DNA of 64,000 nt from an uncultured Chlamydiae bacterium. GTDB taxonomy: Bacteria > Chlamydiota > Chlamydiia > Chlamydiales > Parachlamydiaceae. The stretch's first letter is position 1; each line of letters starts with the position of its first letter. Where the stretch lies: contig CAVWGN010000001.1 of the NCBI GenBank assembly GCA_963754655.1, positions 2,912,001-2,976,000 of the forward strand, given 5' to 3'. The translations under genes and the position numbers were made by a program. Positions 62,692 through 64,000 of this stretch are shown here, one piece after another. The notes under the pieces are model-generated. The model worked only from the letters and a program-made list of their open reading frames with translations. It searched no databases and had not been told where the DNA came from.

Positions 62692-63537
62692 ATGGCAGCA
62701 GATCAAGTAGAAGCAGTAAAAAAGGTTACTGAGACTTTGAGTAAGCAGTCGAATCCCATTGAAGAGATGGAACACCTCTCTCAAAATAAAGAGCATTTTG
62801 ACTCGCTCATGAATTCTTCACAACCTATCAAAGCCAATTCTTTTGAACGAATTGATACAAAAGCCTTTGTTAACGAAGAGGTTCAAAGTATAGAAAAGAA
62901 TCCCGTTTTTGCAGAGGAAAATGTTTCCGCCCAAAAAAGTGGAACAGCCACAGATCAGGATCGTAAGCAACGTCAACAAGGGCAAACAGAAGAAGTGGAA
63001 GGCATAGCAGCCACAGGTTCTAAAAAATCGACCTCAAAGACGAACTCTTTGATGGATGAAGTCTCTAAGCTCAATAAGAATATCTCTAATATTTCGAATT
63101 CGAGTCCAGAACATATTAAGACTCAAGCAAAAAATGCTATCGCACAAATTGAAAATCTCAAAACCCAGCTTTCGCAAGCAAACGAGATTAAACCTTCCTA
63201 TCAAACTCTGCTGCGCAATCGGCTCACTCATATTGATGATAACCTCAAGATTGCTCTAAATAAAGCAGGCGTCGAATATACTCCTCCTCCGGTGACCCAG
63301 GCGGGAAAGGATAGTCCTATTCACAAATTCATTGGTTTTTTAACCAATAGCCAACATCAACTTGAAAATTTGAATGTGGTCATTGATAAAGTTAATAATA
63401 CCGGAAAGATCACTCCAGCCAATATGTTGGCCATTCAAATGAAGATGGGTTATGTTCAACAACAAATTGAATTATTCACTAGTTTGTTGAATAAGGCTTT
63501 AGAATCGACAAAGACAATCATGAACGTTCAAGTCTAA
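62692..63537 (+). CDS. CT668-like protein, candidate inner rod (SctI)
   Basis: Directly upstream of cdsN; C-terminus TPANMLAIQ...ELFTSLLNKALESTKTIMNVQV. Confidence 0.65.
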   Translation: MAADQVEAVKKVTETLSKQSNPIEEMEHLSQNKEHFDSLMNSSQPIKANSFERIDTKAFVNEEVQSIEKNPVFAEENVSAQKSGTATDQDRKQRQQGQTEEVEGIAATGSKKSTSKTNSLMDEVSKLNKNISNISNSSPEHIKTQAKNAIAQIENLKTQLSQANEIKPSYQTLLRNRLTHIDDNLKIALNKAGVEYTPPPVTQAGKDSPIHKFIGFLTNSQHQLENLNVVIDKVNNTGKITPANMLAIQMKMGYVQQQIELFTSLLNKALESTKTIMNVQV

Positions 63538-63557
63538 GTAGCGATTGCCTCCTAAAG

Positions 63558-63597
63558 GATAAACATCACGAAAGACATCGTGATTTTATCTCTTTTT
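63558..63597 (+). terminator. Hairpin plus T-tract before cdsN
   Basis: GATAAACATCACGA-AAGACA-TCGTGATTTTATC-TCTTTTT. Confidence 0.5.
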
Positions 63598-63634
63598 AAG
63601 TTATTCACAAAACTCTCAGGTCAAAGAGAAAAAC

Positions 63635-64000
63635 ATGTTTTCTAACGATCAAATTGGCAAGTTGCTGGGAGATCTAGACGACCTACAGTTGACAACAATT
63701 AATGGTCGCATCACAGAAATCGTTGGCATGCTCATCAAAGCCGTTGTTCCCCACGTCAAAATTGGGGAAGTGTGCTTGATCAAACGCGCGGGTGAACCCT
63801 TGCGCGCTGAAGTTGTCGGTTTTACCAAAGATGAGGTTCTTCTTTCGCCACTAGGAGAAATGACGGGCATTGGTCCTTCTTCTGAAGTGATTCCTACCTA
63901 TCTTCCTCTCCATATCAAAGTAGGGCCGCAATTATTAGGAAGAGTCTTAAATGCCTTAGGCGAGCCTTTAGACGAAGAAACCAAAGGTCCCTTAGTTCTT
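63635..64000 (+). CDS. cdsN: T3SS ATPase SctN/CdsN, 5' part (not in ORF track; runs off window)
   Basis: Hand translation: MFSNDQ...GRITEIVGMLIKA...IGEVC...AEVVGF...LLGRVLNALGEPLD. Confidence 0.93.
   Translation, partial: MFSNDQIGKLLGDLDDLQLTTINGRITEIVGMLIKAVVPHVKIGEVCLIKRAGEPLRAEVVGFTKDEVLLSPLGEMTGIGPSSEVIPTYLPLHIKVGPQLLGRVLNALGEPLDEETKGPLVL

Overview
This 64 kb window looks like an environmental Chlamydiae (Parachlamydiaceae/Protochlamydia-like) chromosome, inferred from gene content and synteny (SNF2-mreB-pckA, tRNA-Gly-tig-clpP-clpX, chlamydial T3SS genes). It holds housekeeping genes (hemA 3' end, asnS, nfo, murJ, recO, rlmN, hpf, rpsD, yidD, atoS/atoC, xfp-ackA, beta-carbonic anhydrase), five tRNAs and an F-box/LRR effector. 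A ~19 kb type III secretion locus joins a translocon/chaperone cluster to scc4-cdsD-cdsE-cdsG-[repeat array]-cdsF-CT668-like-cdsN. The most unusual signal is a layered set of palindromic mobile repeats. An IS200-like Y1 HUH tnpA sits between ~200-bp inverted arms built from a three-hairpin module, and two gene-less giant palindromes (here A and D) use the same hairpin geometry. Several MITE families are joined by 7-bp CCNWNGG-like linkers, and a ~492-bp-period mosaic array lies inside the T3SS cluster. A 1462-bp DDE IS has inserted twice into the same hairpin loop of element A. Also noted are candidate T3SS tip/filament and inner-rod genes, sigma54 promoters and several long structured leaders. 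All calls come from reading the sequence by eye; no database search or folding program was run.
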